Shown here: positions 44,734 to 55,375 of the stretch, in pieces
Position numbering within the stretch: position 1 is the stretch's first letter
Layout: each line of letters begins with the position of its first letter
From: a virus
Length of the DNA stretch: 64,000 nucleotides
IMG/VR virus record: IMGVR_UViG_3300020190_000010
Coordinates: 64,001 to 128,000 of that record
Reading direction: 5' to 3' (one strand)
The notes under the pieces: model-generated
Databases searched by the model: none
Seen by the model: the letters and a program-made list of their open reading frames with translations, nothing else
What the model was told of the DNA's origin: nothing
Program-made: the position numbers and the translations under genes

Positions 44734-47700
44734 ATGCCATTGGTAGATTTAAGATCAGATTTATCCAAATTTCGTTCCGAAGTTTCACGCGAAGATAAAA
44801 TAACTCCTGAGGCATCAAAAGCGAAAGACGGCAAAAATTTTGCAACATTACAACCAATAACTGATAAATTGGCTGAAATGTCACCTGATATTTCTGCACC
44901 TAAAACCCAAAGTGTATCATCATTGCTTAGTAAAACAAAATTTGATGATATAAAACCTTTCAAAACAAAATCATTAGAAAGTAGATTAAGTTCTACTAAA
45001 CTTGATGATACAAAGGCATTTAATACATCTCCAATTGAAAATAGGTTAAGTTCAACAAAATTGGATGATACAAAGGCATTTAATACATCCCCAATTGAAA
45101 ATAGGTTAGAAACAACAAAGTTAGATGATATTCGCACTTTCAAAACACAACCTATTGAGAATTATTTGGAAACCTCAAAGTTTGATGATATTATTAAAAA
45201 TGTTATAGAAAACGGTTTAGTAAATTCTGTATCAAAGTATTCTAGCATAAACAAGACATTCACAGACTTAAATTTTAGTAGAATATCCATTGAACAAATT
45301 GCATCAAAGTTTGGTGAAATTCGCCAGGAACAATTCGTCAGTATGTTGAATAAATCTGAAATTAAAATAGAAAAACAACAACATGGAACAAATAATAATG
45401 ATTCTAATGTCAATCCAGAAGATTCACAATTAACATCAGGATTGGAATTATCATCACCCGAATTAACAAAAAATCCTAATGATGCTTCGGATAATATAGA
45501 AAATCCAAATATACAAATTCAAAGGAAACCTTTATCATTGGATAGGTCTGAACAAAGTCCGGAGTTATTGATAAATCCAGATGATGCATCGGATAATATA
45601 GAAAATCCAAATGTTTTAATAATACGAAAACCTTTATTTGCAGACTTATCTGCACAATCTGTTGTAATAAATTCTGATTTGTTTTCACCGATAAATAATG
45701 TTATCAATCCAAACATAGCATTAGAAAGAAATCCTTTATCAATAGATAGAACTGATCAAACTGTTGAAATACTCACGGAATTGCCAGTTGATGGTTTTGT
45801 TACTATTCCAGATACAAAGATATTGAAAGTTGATTTGTCTTCAAAATTATTGGAAGATACAACATCTCTTAATTTTGATGATGAACCGTTGAGATATGTT
45901 CCAATATCAAGATTGATGGAAATGTCTCCATCACAAATTGTTGATACTATAAAATATGATTTACAATCAATACAACTTGAAGATAATACCATTTACAATA
46001 TAGATTCTATTCAAAAGACAAATCCATCTGGAAGAAATGAAGATCCATCAGTATCAAAATTTTCTGTAATTGGAACACAAGAAGTAAATTTCTTTCAGAA
46101 TAATAATGTAGTTGGTTTTACAGCAAGACAACAAATAGGTGATAGTAAAATAATTGGATCTTCAATATATGGGTGGAATGGTAAAACTGCTGCTGCTCCA
46201 GCAGTTAGTTTTATGGTAGATGATAATGCAACTGGATTTACAACATTTGCTCAACCAAATGTTTCAGAGTATATTCCAAATTCTTCAAAGTTTAGTTTTG
46301 CAAATATACCACAAACAGATTTCTTTGATCAAAATTCAAAGTTTACAACTAGTGGTTTTACAACTTTTGCATTACAGTATGAGACAGAATATAAACCAGA
46401 TAGTTCTATATTTGCTTGGACTGGAAAATCTGATAGTGCTCCTGAAGTAGATTTCTTTGATATAAAAAAATTAAATACAACATCTGGATTTAATAGATTT
46501 CCACAATTGTATGATACAAAATATATCATGGAATCTTCGGTTCACGATTGGGATGGAAATGGTGCAAGTTCTCCAGAAGTAAATTATTTTGATATTACAA
46601 ACAAATATACAACACTTGGATTCGGTAGACTTGCTCAATTGTATGATTCAAAATATATTGCAGATTCATCAGATTTTACTTGGAAAGGGGTAGTCACAAG
46701 TGCACCTGCTGTAAACTATTTTGATAGAGAGGGGCAAAATACTAATACTGGATTTCATACATTTGCTCAATTGTATGATTCAAAATATATTCCAGAAACT
46801 TCTATACATGATTGGGATGGGGATAGAGGATCAGCACCTGCAATAAATTATTTTGATTTGACATCACAAAATACAAATGCTGGTTTTCAAACATTTGCTC
46901 AATTGTATGATTCAAAATATATTCCAGAAACTTCTATCTATGATTGGGATGGAGACAGAACTACTGCACCTGCCGTAAACTATTTTGATTTAACTACAAA
47001 AAATACAAATGTGGGTTTTCATATACTTGCACAATCATTGGAAACAAAATATATTCCAGATTCTTCAATATATGATTGGGATGGAACTAGAGATAATGCA
47101 CCAACTGTAAATTATTTTGATTTGACTGTAAAAAATACAACAGAGGGTTTTCACAAATTTTCTCAATTAGGTATAACCAAATATATTCCAGAGTCTTCAA
47201 TATATGATTGGAATGGTGATAGAAGTCAGGCACCTGCTGTAAATTATTTAGATTTATTGAAACAACACACAACAGAAGGTTTTAATACATTTACTCAATT
47301 TCAAATATCAAAATACATAAAGGATTCTTCTCAATTTAATTGGGATGGATTTAGATCAGATGCTCCTGCAATAAATTATTTTGATTTAACTGGAAAAAAT
47401 ACAACAGTTGGTTTTCATACTTTTGCACAAAAGTTTGATACAAAATACATAAAAGAATCTTCTGAATTTGATTGGGATGGATTTAGATTAGATGCTCCTG
47501 CTGTAAACTATTTTGACCTAAATAGTAGACATTCCACCGTAGGTTTTCATACTTTTGCACAAAAGTTTGATACAAAATACATAAAAGAATCTTCTGAATT
47601 TGATTGGGATGGTGGAAGAAGTCAATCTCCAGAAGTTAATTATTTTGATTTGCCTGGTAAATTTACGACTATTGGATTCCATAGATTAGCTCAAAAGTTT

Positions 47701-50700
47701 GATACAAAATACATAAAAGAATCTTCTGAATTTGATTGGGATGGTGGTCGTAGTTCTGCACCAGAAGTAAACTATTTCGATATAGGTGGTAAATTTACCA
47801 CAAAAGGATTCCATCGTTTAGCTGAAAAACTTGATACAAAATACATAAAAGAATCTTCTGAATTTGATTGGGATGGCGGTCCTGGTTCTGCACCGGAAGT
47901 AAATTATTTTGATAAAGCTGGAAAATTTACAACTGCTGGATTTCATAGAAAAGCTGAAAAATTACAAACAAAATATGTAAAAGATTCATCAGAGTTCGAT
48001 TGGAATGGAGGCAGAGATGCCGCAAAGACTGTTGATTTTTTTGGAAATGAAAGTGCACCTGGTTTTACAAAATTCCCAAAGGCATTAGAGTCCGAATATA
48101 AAAAAGATATTTCAAAATTTACTTTTAAGGGTAGCCAACCTATTCCGGTGAACTATTTTCCCGATAGTTACAACAAAGGTTTTACATTAAAAGCCCCAAA
48201 ACTTGAAAGTGAATACACCGAAGATATTAGTGAATTTACGTGGAAAGGTGGTAGAGATGCTGCTCCCGCAGTAAATTTTTTGGTTAATGATCAAGGTGGT
48301 GGTTTTACAACTTTTGCTGCACCACTTGCATCCGAATATACCCAAGACATATCACAATTTACATTTAAGGGAGCAAGAAGCAATGCTCCTGCAGTTGATT
48401 ATTTTGTAAATCAAAATGCACCTGGATTTGGACTGTTTCCACCATTACTTGAAAGTAAATATAATTCCGAAAGTAGTTTGTTTACTTGGAAAGGTGGTAG
48501 ATCTGAAGCACCAAATGTTGATTATATTACAGATGAAGCTGGTCAGGGTTTCAAAACATTAAGTGCTTTATATCAAACATTTTATACTCCAGATTTTGGA
48601 AACTATAATTGGAAAGGTGCTAGGTCTGAGGCACCAAATGTTAAGTATTTTGGAATAGGACCAATTGTAAGAAATAGTATACCAAATCCAAATGGTGTAG
48701 GTCGTAACACAACTGCGGATGCAGGGTTTGTAACATTTTTTGATAATAAGGCAAATACACAACTTTCTTCGGGTTATTCATCATTATCAACGGAAAGTGG
48801 TCCTAATAAATCACCTGTAAATGATAAACCTACAACTAATTTCTTTGGTTTTACTCCATTTGAAAAAAGTGGATTTATGGTTAAGATGAACTCTTTTGCA
48901 GAGACGCTTTATCCAATAATAAAACCAGAATTAGTTTACAATTCTGATCCAGGATCTAGAACAGGATTAGAAATTAAAAGATCAGCCGGTGGAATATCAA
49001 TATCCGATAGAGAAAAATATGCACCTGTAACTTTTGCTAAAAAGTCATGGTCATCCGCTGGTGTTCTAGCATCACTAACAAATCAAGTTCCTGACTCAAA
49101 AGTTAATGCTGAACCGAGTTATTATGGCAACCCGTATGCAAAAACAATGAAAGATGTTACGGAAAGTAAAGGTTATTTGGCAAAATGGGCAATTACAAAA
49201 AAATCACCAACACCACTTGATGTTCAATATACTAAATTTAATTTAAGGGATGATTCATACAATAAAGATTTTGGTTTTGATCAACCATATGTTTTAAGAG
49301 ATATAGGACAACGATGGGGATTTGGAATAGGATTTGATGAAGGTCTCGTTAGGGGTGGTGCGGTTACTGCTGCGGAAAGAATAGTTCAGGATGTTTTCCG
49401 TATAGGTAAGTTTTTATTATCTGCAAAAGGATTGTTATTTCTTGCAAAACAAGTCGGTTTACAATTGATGAATCCAAGCGTAGATACTAGACCTTCTCAA
49501 GGCATTATAGACACACTTTCATCAATTACAACATTAGGTATGTCTCCAACACAAATATACAATCCACTTGCTTTGATTGCAAATGTTGGTGGATCACCAA
49601 TTGGTTTGAGAATACCAAGACATAGTATTTTGGGTGCAATTGATTCTGCTCAATTAAACAAATATGAAGATACAACAAAAATTCGTGAATATAAGTCTTG
49701 GCCGGATCCAACATCTGATATTTGGAAATCATTAGAAACACCAGACGGTGACGGTGATCAAACAGACTACAACAGATTGATCGGTTTGATGAAAGAATTA
49801 TTACCAAATTCCTTTCAACCGGTGACAAATGTATCACGGGATAATTCATTAGAACCAAACATAGGCAGAATATCTAGTAATTTTGGAGGACCCAATGCTC
49901 CATTAGGAATTGGTGGAACTACAATAAGAAAATCAAGACATCCACATTTAGTTTATTATAGCACAAGTCCACTTCTTCCTGAATCAGATATAGTTAATAC
50001 TGCTGCTGCACCGTCAGAATATGGTCCAACTGCTCCAAGCACAACAACTCCACCTCCAGGTGCAGGTGCTACTGTATCAACTACTGGAACACCACCAACA
50101 AATGGCGCTCCAGCAGCAACTTCACCAACAGGTGGACCATCAACGAGCACACCAACAAGTGCATACACTGCACCACCTTGGAGTATAACAAGCGGTAAAA
50201 ATCCAAAATTTCCTTTAACCGCCAGAAGAAATCAGTATTATAGTTATACAGATTTTACTGGTGAGGATAGTAATACATACTCGCAAGAAATAGTAAATGA
50301 TTTTATTGAAACGGATAAAAAGGTTTTTGGTTCAATAAGAAAATTATCAGAGATATTAAATGGACCGTTAGAAGAATCTTCTTCGCCATCAACTATTTTA
50401 CCAAGTCCTATAAAATTACAAAATCAGTCTATACAAAGAATTAAACAATTGGATCCTTACGATCCTTCAAGAAGAACAATAGTAGATAGAGTTCGTAGAA
50501 CAGATTTTGTAAATGCAGGTGTTGCAACTATTCCTAATGAAAAAATAAATCAATCATCTCCGGATGAATTAAATCCATTAAAAAAGTATTTAACTGCAAC
50601 ATATAGTAATTTGAAAAAAGCAGATCCAAGTGTTCCAAACAGATTTAGAAAATATAATGATTTTAGATGGGATGTATATGCCGGTGGATCAGCAAGCCAA

Positions 50701-52200
50701 GTTACAGGATCAGACGGTCAAGTAACAACTGTTCCAGATACAGCAGATAAAGAATACTTTGTATCTGATCCAAGATTTGCTAAATTTCACTCTAGAAATT
50801 TGGAAAAGTATTTCGGTTTGGGTGCACATGGTGAACCAGGTTCTCAAAGAAATATACCGGCAATTACAAATTTGCTTTATGTTAAAGATTCAAAAACACA
50901 ATCTGGAATAGCAAAATTAAAACCAGGTCGTCAATTCAGAGGAGATAGGATAAACATATTGGATTACAGAAAAGTATCAAAAAATATAACAACCGATTTG
51001 GTATATGAAAAGGGAAAATATAATAATGAATCTATTCCAGGTACAAATGATATGATTGAATTTTATTTCACCGGTTTGAAAATTGCATCCGGTGGAGTAA
51101 ATCGTCCTGCAGAAATAATAGCATTTAGAGCAACTTTTAATAATATAAATGAAAGTCATAATCCAAAATGGAATCCTGTAAAATATATGGGTAGAGGAGA
51201 TCCACTCTATGTTTATGATGGATATGAAAGAAATATAAATTTTGGATTTGTTGTTCATATTGGATCTCGCGATGAAATGAAAGCATCGTGGCGTAAATTG
51301 AACTTTTTATCGTCATGGACTGCACCCGAATATACAAAGGGTGGACTAATTCGTGGACCTATGATTCGTTTGAATATAGGTCATTTGTATAGAAAAATGC
51401 CAGGTTTCATAAGTTCATTATCATATAGTTTTGACAATGTTGGAACTACATGGGAAACTGCACACCTTGAAGGCGATAGAAAATCAAATGTTAAAGCCGG
51501 TAATTTGAATTTATCAAATCCTGGCGTTTTACAATTACCAAAAACAATAGAAGTTTCTGTTGGATTTACTCCGGTTGGTGTTTACAGACCAGAATATAAT
51601 GGTGTTATGTATTCACTATATGATGATAGTGATGCTACACTGGAAACAGGACTTTTACCGAAGGCGGCAAACAAAGTAAATTACTTCAGAGCTTTTGATG
51701 CATCAGAAGATTTACAGAGTGTTCCTGAATTGGATGATACTCAATTGTCATCACCAATGCCAGAAACAGAAACACAAATTCCAGTTGTTGATGAAACAGC
51801 AAGAGAAGATACTCAAAAAGATACAATAGGCGATGTTGGTTTTGTTGCGAAAGAAGAAGTAAGAACAGGCGATGCCGCAAATCAACAAAATGGTGGTTCA
51901 ACAAATGTTCCACAAACAGGAACTCCTAATGCAAACCTTCCGGCTGCAACAGGAACAAATCCTGATGTTAGTGCACAGAATTTGGTTCCAAATTTAACTG
52001 GTCAACAGCAAAATACCGGTGGATTTAGTTTGGCAAGACCAGAAGAACCTATAAATGTACCAGATCCAGGAACATATCCGTCTGGTAATACATCAGATCA
52101 ATTAGATTCTATGCTTGCTGGGACTGCTATGGATCAAACACAAGCGGATGCTTTAGAACAAGCGAATGCTGCTAATGCACAAGTTGGTAACACGCCATGA
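44734..52200 (+). CDS. Giant repeat-containing baseplate protein with a C-terminal tube-initiator-like (gp48/gp54-type) domain
   Basis: FRATF..INESHNPKW....YMGRGDPLYVYDGYERNINFGF near the C-terminus. Lies between tape measure and the LysM gene. Confidence 0.7.
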   Translation: MPLVDLRSDLSKFRSEVSREDKITPEASKAKDGKNFATLQPITDKLAEMSPDISAPKTQSVSSLLSKTKFDDIKPFKTKSLESRLSSTKLDDTKAFNTSPIENRLSSTKLDDTKAFNTSPIENRLETTKLDDIRTFKTQPIENYLETSKFDDIIKNVIENGLVNSVSKYSSINKTFTDLNFSRISIEQIASKFGEIRQEQFVSMLNKSEIKIEKQQHGTNNNDSNVNPEDSQLTSGLELSSPELTKNPNDASDNIENPNIQIQRKPLSLDRSEQSPELLINPDDASDNIENPNVLIIRKPLFADLSAQSVVINSDLFSPINNVINPNIALERNPLSIDRTDQTVEILTELPVDGFVTIPDTKILKVDLSSKLLEDTTSLNFDDEPLRYVPISRLMEMSPSQIVDTIKYDLQSIQLEDNTIYNIDSIQKTNPSGRNEDPSVSKFSVIGTQEVNFFQNNNVVGFTARQQIGDSKIIGSSIYGWNGKTAAAPAVSFMVDDNATGFTTFAQPNVSEYIPNSSKFSFANIPQTDFFDQNSKFTTSGFTTFALQYETEYKPDSSIFAWTGKSDSAPEVDFFDIKKLNTTSGFNRFPQLYDTKYIMESSVHDWDGNGASSPEVNYFDITNKYTTLGFGRLAQLYDSKYIADSSDFTWKGVVTSAPAVNYFDREGQNTNTGFHTFAQLYDSKYIPETSIHDWDGDRGSAPAINYFDLTSQNTNAGFQTFAQLYDSKYIPETSIYDWDGDRTTAPAVNYFDLTTKNTNVGFHILAQSLETKYIPDSSIYDWDGTRDNAPTVNYFDLTVKNTTEGFHKFSQLGITKYIPESSIYDWNGDRSQAPAVNYLDLLKQHTTEGFNTFTQFQISKYIKDSSQFNWDGFRSDAPAINYFDLTGKNTTVGFHTFAQKFDTKYIKESSEFDWDGFRLDAPAVNYFDLNSRHSTVGFHTFAQKFDTKYIKESSEFDWDGGRSQSPEVNYFDLPGKFTTIGFHRLAQKFDTKYIKESSEFDWDGGRSSAPEVNYFDIGGKFTTKGFHRLAEKLDTKYIKESSEFDWDGGPGSAPEVNYFDKAGKFTTAGFHRKAEKLQTKYVKDSSEFDWNGGRDAAKTVDFFGNESAPGFTKFPKALESEYKKDISKFTFKGSQPIPVNYFPDSYNKGFTLKAPKLESEYTEDISEFTWKGGRDAAPAVNFLVNDQGGGFTTFAAPLASEYTQDISQFTFKGARSNAPAVDYFVNQNAPGFGLFPPLLESKYNSESSLFTWKGGRSEAPNVDYITDEAGQGFKTLSALYQTFYTPDFGNYNWKGARSEAPNVKYFGIGPIVRNSIPNPNGVGRNTTADAGFVTFFDNKANTQLSSGYSSLSTESGPNKSPVNDKPTTNFFGFTPFEKSGFMVKMNSFAETLYPIIKPELVYNSDPGSRTGLEIKRSAGGISISDREKYAPVTFAKKSWSSAGVLASLTNQVPDSKVNAEPSYYGNPYAKTMKDVTESKGYLAKWAITKKSPTPLDVQYTKFNLRDDSYNKDFGFDQPYVLRDIGQRWGFGIGFDEGLVRGGAVTAAERIVQDVFRIGKFLLSAKGLLFLAKQVGLQLMNPSVDTRPSQGIIDTLSSITTLGMSPTQIYNPLALIANVGGSPIGLRIPRHSILGAIDSAQLNKYEDTTKIREYKSWPDPTSDIWKSLETPDGDGDQTDYNRLIGLMKELLPNSFQPVTNVSRDNSLEPNIGRISSNFGGPNAPLGIGGTTIRKSRHPHLVYYSTSPLLPESDIVNTAAAPSEYGPTAPSTTTPPPGAGATVSTTGTPPTNGAPAATSPTGGPSTSTPTSAYTAPPWSITSGKNPKFPLTARRNQYYSYTDFTGEDSNTYSQEIVNDFIETDKKVFGSIRKLSEILNGPLEESSSPSTILPSPIKLQNQSIQRIKQLDPYDPSRRTIVDRVRRTDFVNAGVATIPNEKINQSSPDELNPLKKYLTATYSNLKKADPSVPNRFRKYNDFRWDVYAGGSASQVTGSDGQVTTVPDTADKEYFVSDPRFAKFHSRNLEKYFGLGAHGEPGSQRNIPAITNLLYVKDSKTQSGIAKLKPGRQFRGDRINILDYRKVSKNITTDLVYEKGKYNNESIPGTNDMIEFYFTGLKIASGGVNRPAEIIAFRATFNNINESHNPKWNPVKYMGRGDPLYVYDGYERNINFGFVVHIGSRDEMKASWRKLNFLSSWTAPEYTKGGLIRGPMIRLNIGHLYRKMPGFISSLSYSFDNVGTTWETAHLEGDRKSNVKAGNLNLSNPGVLQLPKTIEVSVGFTPVGVYRPEYNGVMYSLYDDSDATLETGLLPKAANKVNYFRAFDASEDLQSVPELDDTQLSSPMPETETQIPVVDETAREDTQKDTIGDVGFVAKEEVRTGDAANQQNGGSTNVPQTGTPNANLPAATGTNPDVSAQNLVPNLTGQQQNTGGFSLARPEEPINVPDPGTYPSGNTSDQLDSMLAGTAMDQTQADALEQANAANAQVGNTP
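44926..45195 (+). repeat. 60-bp (20 aa) tandem repeat, about 4.5 copies
   Basis: LSSTKLDDTKAFNTSPIENR-type units. Confidence 0.85.
45451..45760 (+). repeat. 102-bp (34 aa) repeat, 3 copies
   Basis: SPEL..NP.DASDNIENPN..I.RKPL units. Confidence 0.75.
46075..48655 (+). repeat. 132-bp (44 aa) tandem repeat, about 21 copies
   Basis: Unit TKYIKESSEFDWDGxRxxAPxVNYFDLxxKxTTxGFHxxAQKFD. An identical 42-bp block recurs at 47439, 47571, 47703 and 47835. Confidence 0.9.
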
Positions 52201-52278
52201 ATTGAAACTCCTGCTACTAATTCCAAAAAGAAAAAGAAAGGAAAGAAGAAGAAATAAATGGTAAATAATACAGTATAG

Positions 52279-52286
52279 ATATTTAT
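52279..52286 (+). promoter_or_regulatory. Candidate late promoter ATATTTAT
   Basis: Intergenic, before the LysM gene. Confidence 0.6.
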
Positions 52287-52322
52287 TAAAGTGATATTGA
52301 AATCATTTACATAAGAGGAATT

Positions 52323-52658
52323 ATGTCAAAAAGATATGGTGGAACATATATTGTTCAAAATGCTAGAAAGATAGAATCTGACGGAATAAATAAATTCGTC
52401 AGAAGACTATCTACTGTTTTTTATCCAAATTTTAATAAAGCGGAAGATACACAAATTCTTTCACAAGAAGGTGACAGATTGGATATATTGGCAAAAGAAT
52501 ACTATAATGATGAATCATTGTGGTTTGTTATTGCTAAGGCAAATAATTTAGGTAAAGGTAGTCTTGATGTTCCTGCTGGATTAGTGATAAGAATACCGTA
52601 TTATCAAGAAGATACCGGTATAGCTTCCTTATTAGATGGTTACAATAATTGGAGATAA
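52323..52658 (+). CDS. LysM-type baseplate wedge protein (gp53/tail X-like)
   Basis: GDRLDILAKEYYNDESLWFVIAKANNL...G.VIRIP. Confidence 0.85.
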   Translation: MSKRYGGTYIVQNARKIESDGINKFVRRLSTVFYPNFNKAEDTQILSQEGDRLDILAKEYYNDESLWFVIAKANNLGKGSLDVPAGLVIRIPYYQEDTGIASLLDGYNNWR

Positions 52659-52664
52659 TATTTT

Positions 52665-54662
52665 ATGCCAAAATGGAGTAGTGGATATGATAATCCCTTT
52701 TATCATAATGTTGGTGGAAGTGTAAAGGGTGAATTGGCTGCTAGAGCAACACAGGTAGGAACTAGAGTTCGTGGTGGAAAAAATACAAAAGCAGTAGAAT
52801 GGTCATATGGAAAAACCGCATATGGTCATGTTGTTGGTGGGGGCATTCCTCTTGGATTTCCAGGTGACAGAGTTATGAGTGATAAAAGTGGTGCATTAAA
52901 ATTATACAACTCAAATAATTTGCCAAGATTTCCTTTATTAACGTCTATTGATGTAACTAATGATGGAACAATTGGATCTCTTTTACGAGGAAACTTTGCA
53001 TTTTCATTTTGGCCGGAAATAAGTGCTGGTGGATTTTCTATGAAAGGGGTTGATAGTGCATATTTTGTTCCAGGAAAAGAAGTTAAAATGTCTTGGGGAT
53101 GGAGCTATGGTGGTCCTGCCTGTAAACAGGCATTTACTGGAATAATAAGTAATTTCAATTGGTCATTCAATGTAGACTTATCATTATCAGCAACAATATC
53201 TATTGTATCGGCCGCAACTATTGCAGTTGGTGCTTCTGGAGATCAATCAACAAAATCAGAGGAAGGTGCTGCTGGTGAAGTAACAGATCCAGCAAAAGTT
53301 GTTGTTGAAGGAAATAATTTGGCATCTATTATTGATGCAGATTTAGGAACTGGAAAAGAAGAGGGAGCAGCAGGAACTGATGGAGATGTGCCAACTCCAC
53401 CGCCAGATTCATCAGGTGGAGCTGGTATACCAACTTGGGTTCCTGCTGCTGCAGGAGAAGTATTTGATCTTGCTGCTGGTAACACGGTTAGCAAAATGTT
53501 AGACTATGTTGGAATTGCATGGCCGTATCAAGAATCCGATGGTGAGGAGGATGAAGTTGAAAACCCAGATCCACCACCACCACCGCCTGAATCAGCTGCT
53601 GTTAAACCATTTTGGTATGTGAATGTTTATAGTCTTGTTGATTTCGCAAATAAGATAATAGAAAAATTTGAAGGTGGCGGCGGTGGTTTGGGAAAAGTAT
53701 TCAAAGTCGCGGTTGAAGGTAATATAACACAAAAATTACCAATACAGTCTGCATTTCCAATTGATGTTGTATTTCCTGATTCAGCTGTTATGGGAAAATA
53801 CGGAGACTGTGTACCACAGTATAAAGATGCTGCATTTGTCAATGGAAATGACATAAACATAGGCGGCATATTGATTGGAACAGACTACATAAAAGAAACT
53901 TTCAAAAATTTTATTCAAGAAAATTCTGCAAATGTTTTCTATAAAAACTTAACAAATTGGTTTGAAACATTATTGAAAAGAATAAATGTTGCTTCTGGAG
54001 AAATGTATCAATTATCACCAGTTTTATGCGAACCACCGAGCAATTTTGATGGAAACGCTGATGGTAAATTGGCAGTGTGTATTCTTTCAATAGAAGATTC
54101 AAATTTATCATCAACTCATACGAATAAAGTTACACCATTAAAATTTACTGCAGATATTTATAGACCACTGATAAAGAATGTTAATATATCGTCAAAACCA
54201 CCTGCACCAATGGCAGCGGCTGCTTATGTTAAAGCTCGTGGTGCAAATAAACCTGCAAATATAGAAGTAAAGGCAGATGCAGCGTCTGGAGGCGATGCAG
54301 CGGCAGTTCAACAAAAATTAGTAAAGGCGGTTGAAAATTTTTCAAAAACAGGATTCAATGATGCATGGTGTGAGGCGTTTAGAGGAAATTTGGCAAAATT
54401 AAAAAAAATGTCCACAAGTCCTGGAAATGCACATTGGTTAAATATGGCATTATATCCAGTTGATTTTTCTATAACGATAGATGGCGTTAGTGGATTTAGG
54501 TTTGGTGATGTAATATCAACAAATCTTGTCCCGAAAACTTATGTTGATAATAAATTAGTATTTGTTATTACAAAAATTGAACATAAAATATCTGGTGGTA
54601 TGTGGGAAACCACATTACATACTGCAGCCAGATTGAAAATGGACGGAAGTGGAACACTTTAA
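52665..54662 (+). CDS. Baseplate hub-like protein (gp27/GpD-like)
   Basis: PG..V.MSWGWS, ISNFNWSF and C-terminal GFRFGD...FVITKIEHKI...WETTL, plus position. Confidence 0.6.
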   Translation: MPKWSSGYDNPFYHNVGGSVKGELAARATQVGTRVRGGKNTKAVEWSYGKTAYGHVVGGGIPLGFPGDRVMSDKSGALKLYNSNNLPRFPLLTSIDVTNDGTIGSLLRGNFAFSFWPEISAGGFSMKGVDSAYFVPGKEVKMSWGWSYGGPACKQAFTGIISNFNWSFNVDLSLSATISIVSAATIAVGASGDQSTKSEEGAAGEVTDPAKVVVEGNNLASIIDADLGTGKEEGAAGTDGDVPTPPPDSSGGAGIPTWVPAAAGEVFDLAAGNTVSKMLDYVGIAWPYQESDGEEDEVENPDPPPPPPESAAVKPFWYVNVYSLVDFANKIIEKFEGGGGGLGKVFKVAVEGNITQKLPIQSAFPIDVVFPDSAVMGKYGDCVPQYKDAAFVNGNDINIGGILIGTDYIKETFKNFIQENSANVFYKNLTNWFETLLKRINVASGEMYQLSPVLCEPPSNFDGNADGKLAVCILSIEDSNLSSTHTNKVTPLKFTADIYRPLIKNVNISSKPPAPMAAAAYVKARGANKPANIEVKADAASGGDAAAVQQKLVKAVENFSKTGFNDAWCEAFRGNLAKLKKMSTSPGNAHWLNMALYPVDFSITIDGVSGFRFGDVISTNLVPKTYVDNKLVFVITKIEHKISGGMWETTLHTAARLKMDGSGTL

Positions 54663-54673
54663 CGGAGTATGTA

Positions 54674-55360
54674 ATGGCAACAAGAAAAAAGATATTTTAT
54701 TCTGAAAATCAAATTACTAAAAACTTATTTACCAAAGGACAGGAATTGATGTATCTTGATGATTGGAAAGAATATAGTGGTTATTATCATCAGTATTCCA
54801 CAGGTGAAAAATATACAGAAAGAGATTGGGATCCTGTTAAATCAAAAAGATTGATTAGATATAAAGAAGGTAATGCTAGTTATTTCAAGTATCTTGATCT
54901 AAAACATTTTACTGTGTTTTCAAACGGAGAAAAAAGAAAACTGTTGGGAACAAACACACAGTTTTATAGATACAGGTCTCCATCTGTTGTTAAAAGAAGG
55001 CCAACTACAAAAGAGTTGGAAGCGGGTGTTATACAAAGATTTTTTGTGTATAAAAGAAACGAGAAAGATAGAGTTTTATATGAGATTGATCAAGAACAGG
55101 CATCCACTTACAACACAAAAAATGGTGGAATAAACCAATTTCTTTATGGTTTAATAGCTATTCCATGGAAACTATCCGGTCCTGAATACGATGTCTATAA
55201 AAATGATATATTAGTTACTCCTGGAGTAGTTGATACCAATAGAAGAATTGTTTTGCGGCATTCAAAAAAATTTCGTATATTAGCAGAACTATTGCACAAT
55301 TATAGAGAATTTAGTAAATATGATGGTCAATTCAATCCACGACCATGTATTAACTGTTAA
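54674..55360 (+). CDS. Hypothetical protein (baseplate region)
   Basis: ORF track. Start refined to ATG 54674 after GGAG. Confidence 0.7.
   Translation: MATRKKIFYSENQITKNLFTKGQELMYLDDWKEYSGYYHQYSTGEKYTERDWDPVKSKRLIRYKEGNASYFKYLDLKHFTVFSNGEKRKLLGTNTQFYRYRSPSVVKRRPTTKELEAGVIQRFFVYKRNEKDRVLYEIDQEQASTYNTKNGGINQFLYGLIAIPWKLSGPEYDVYKNDILVTPGVVDTNRRIVLRHSKKFRILAELLHNYREFSKYDGQFNPRPCINC
55252..55283 (+). promoter_or_regulatory. Bacteroidota-type promoter variant upstream of the polymerase
   Basis: TTTG (55252-55255), 20 nt, TATATTAG (55276-55283). Confidence 0.5.
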
Positions 55361-55375
55361 TATACAAACTTTATT

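Noticed and set aside
46075-48655. Regularly spaced direct repeats resembling a CRISPR array
   Set aside because: The period is a multiple of 3 inside an open frame, the intervening sequences are homologous to each other and no cas genes are present. This is a protein repeat.
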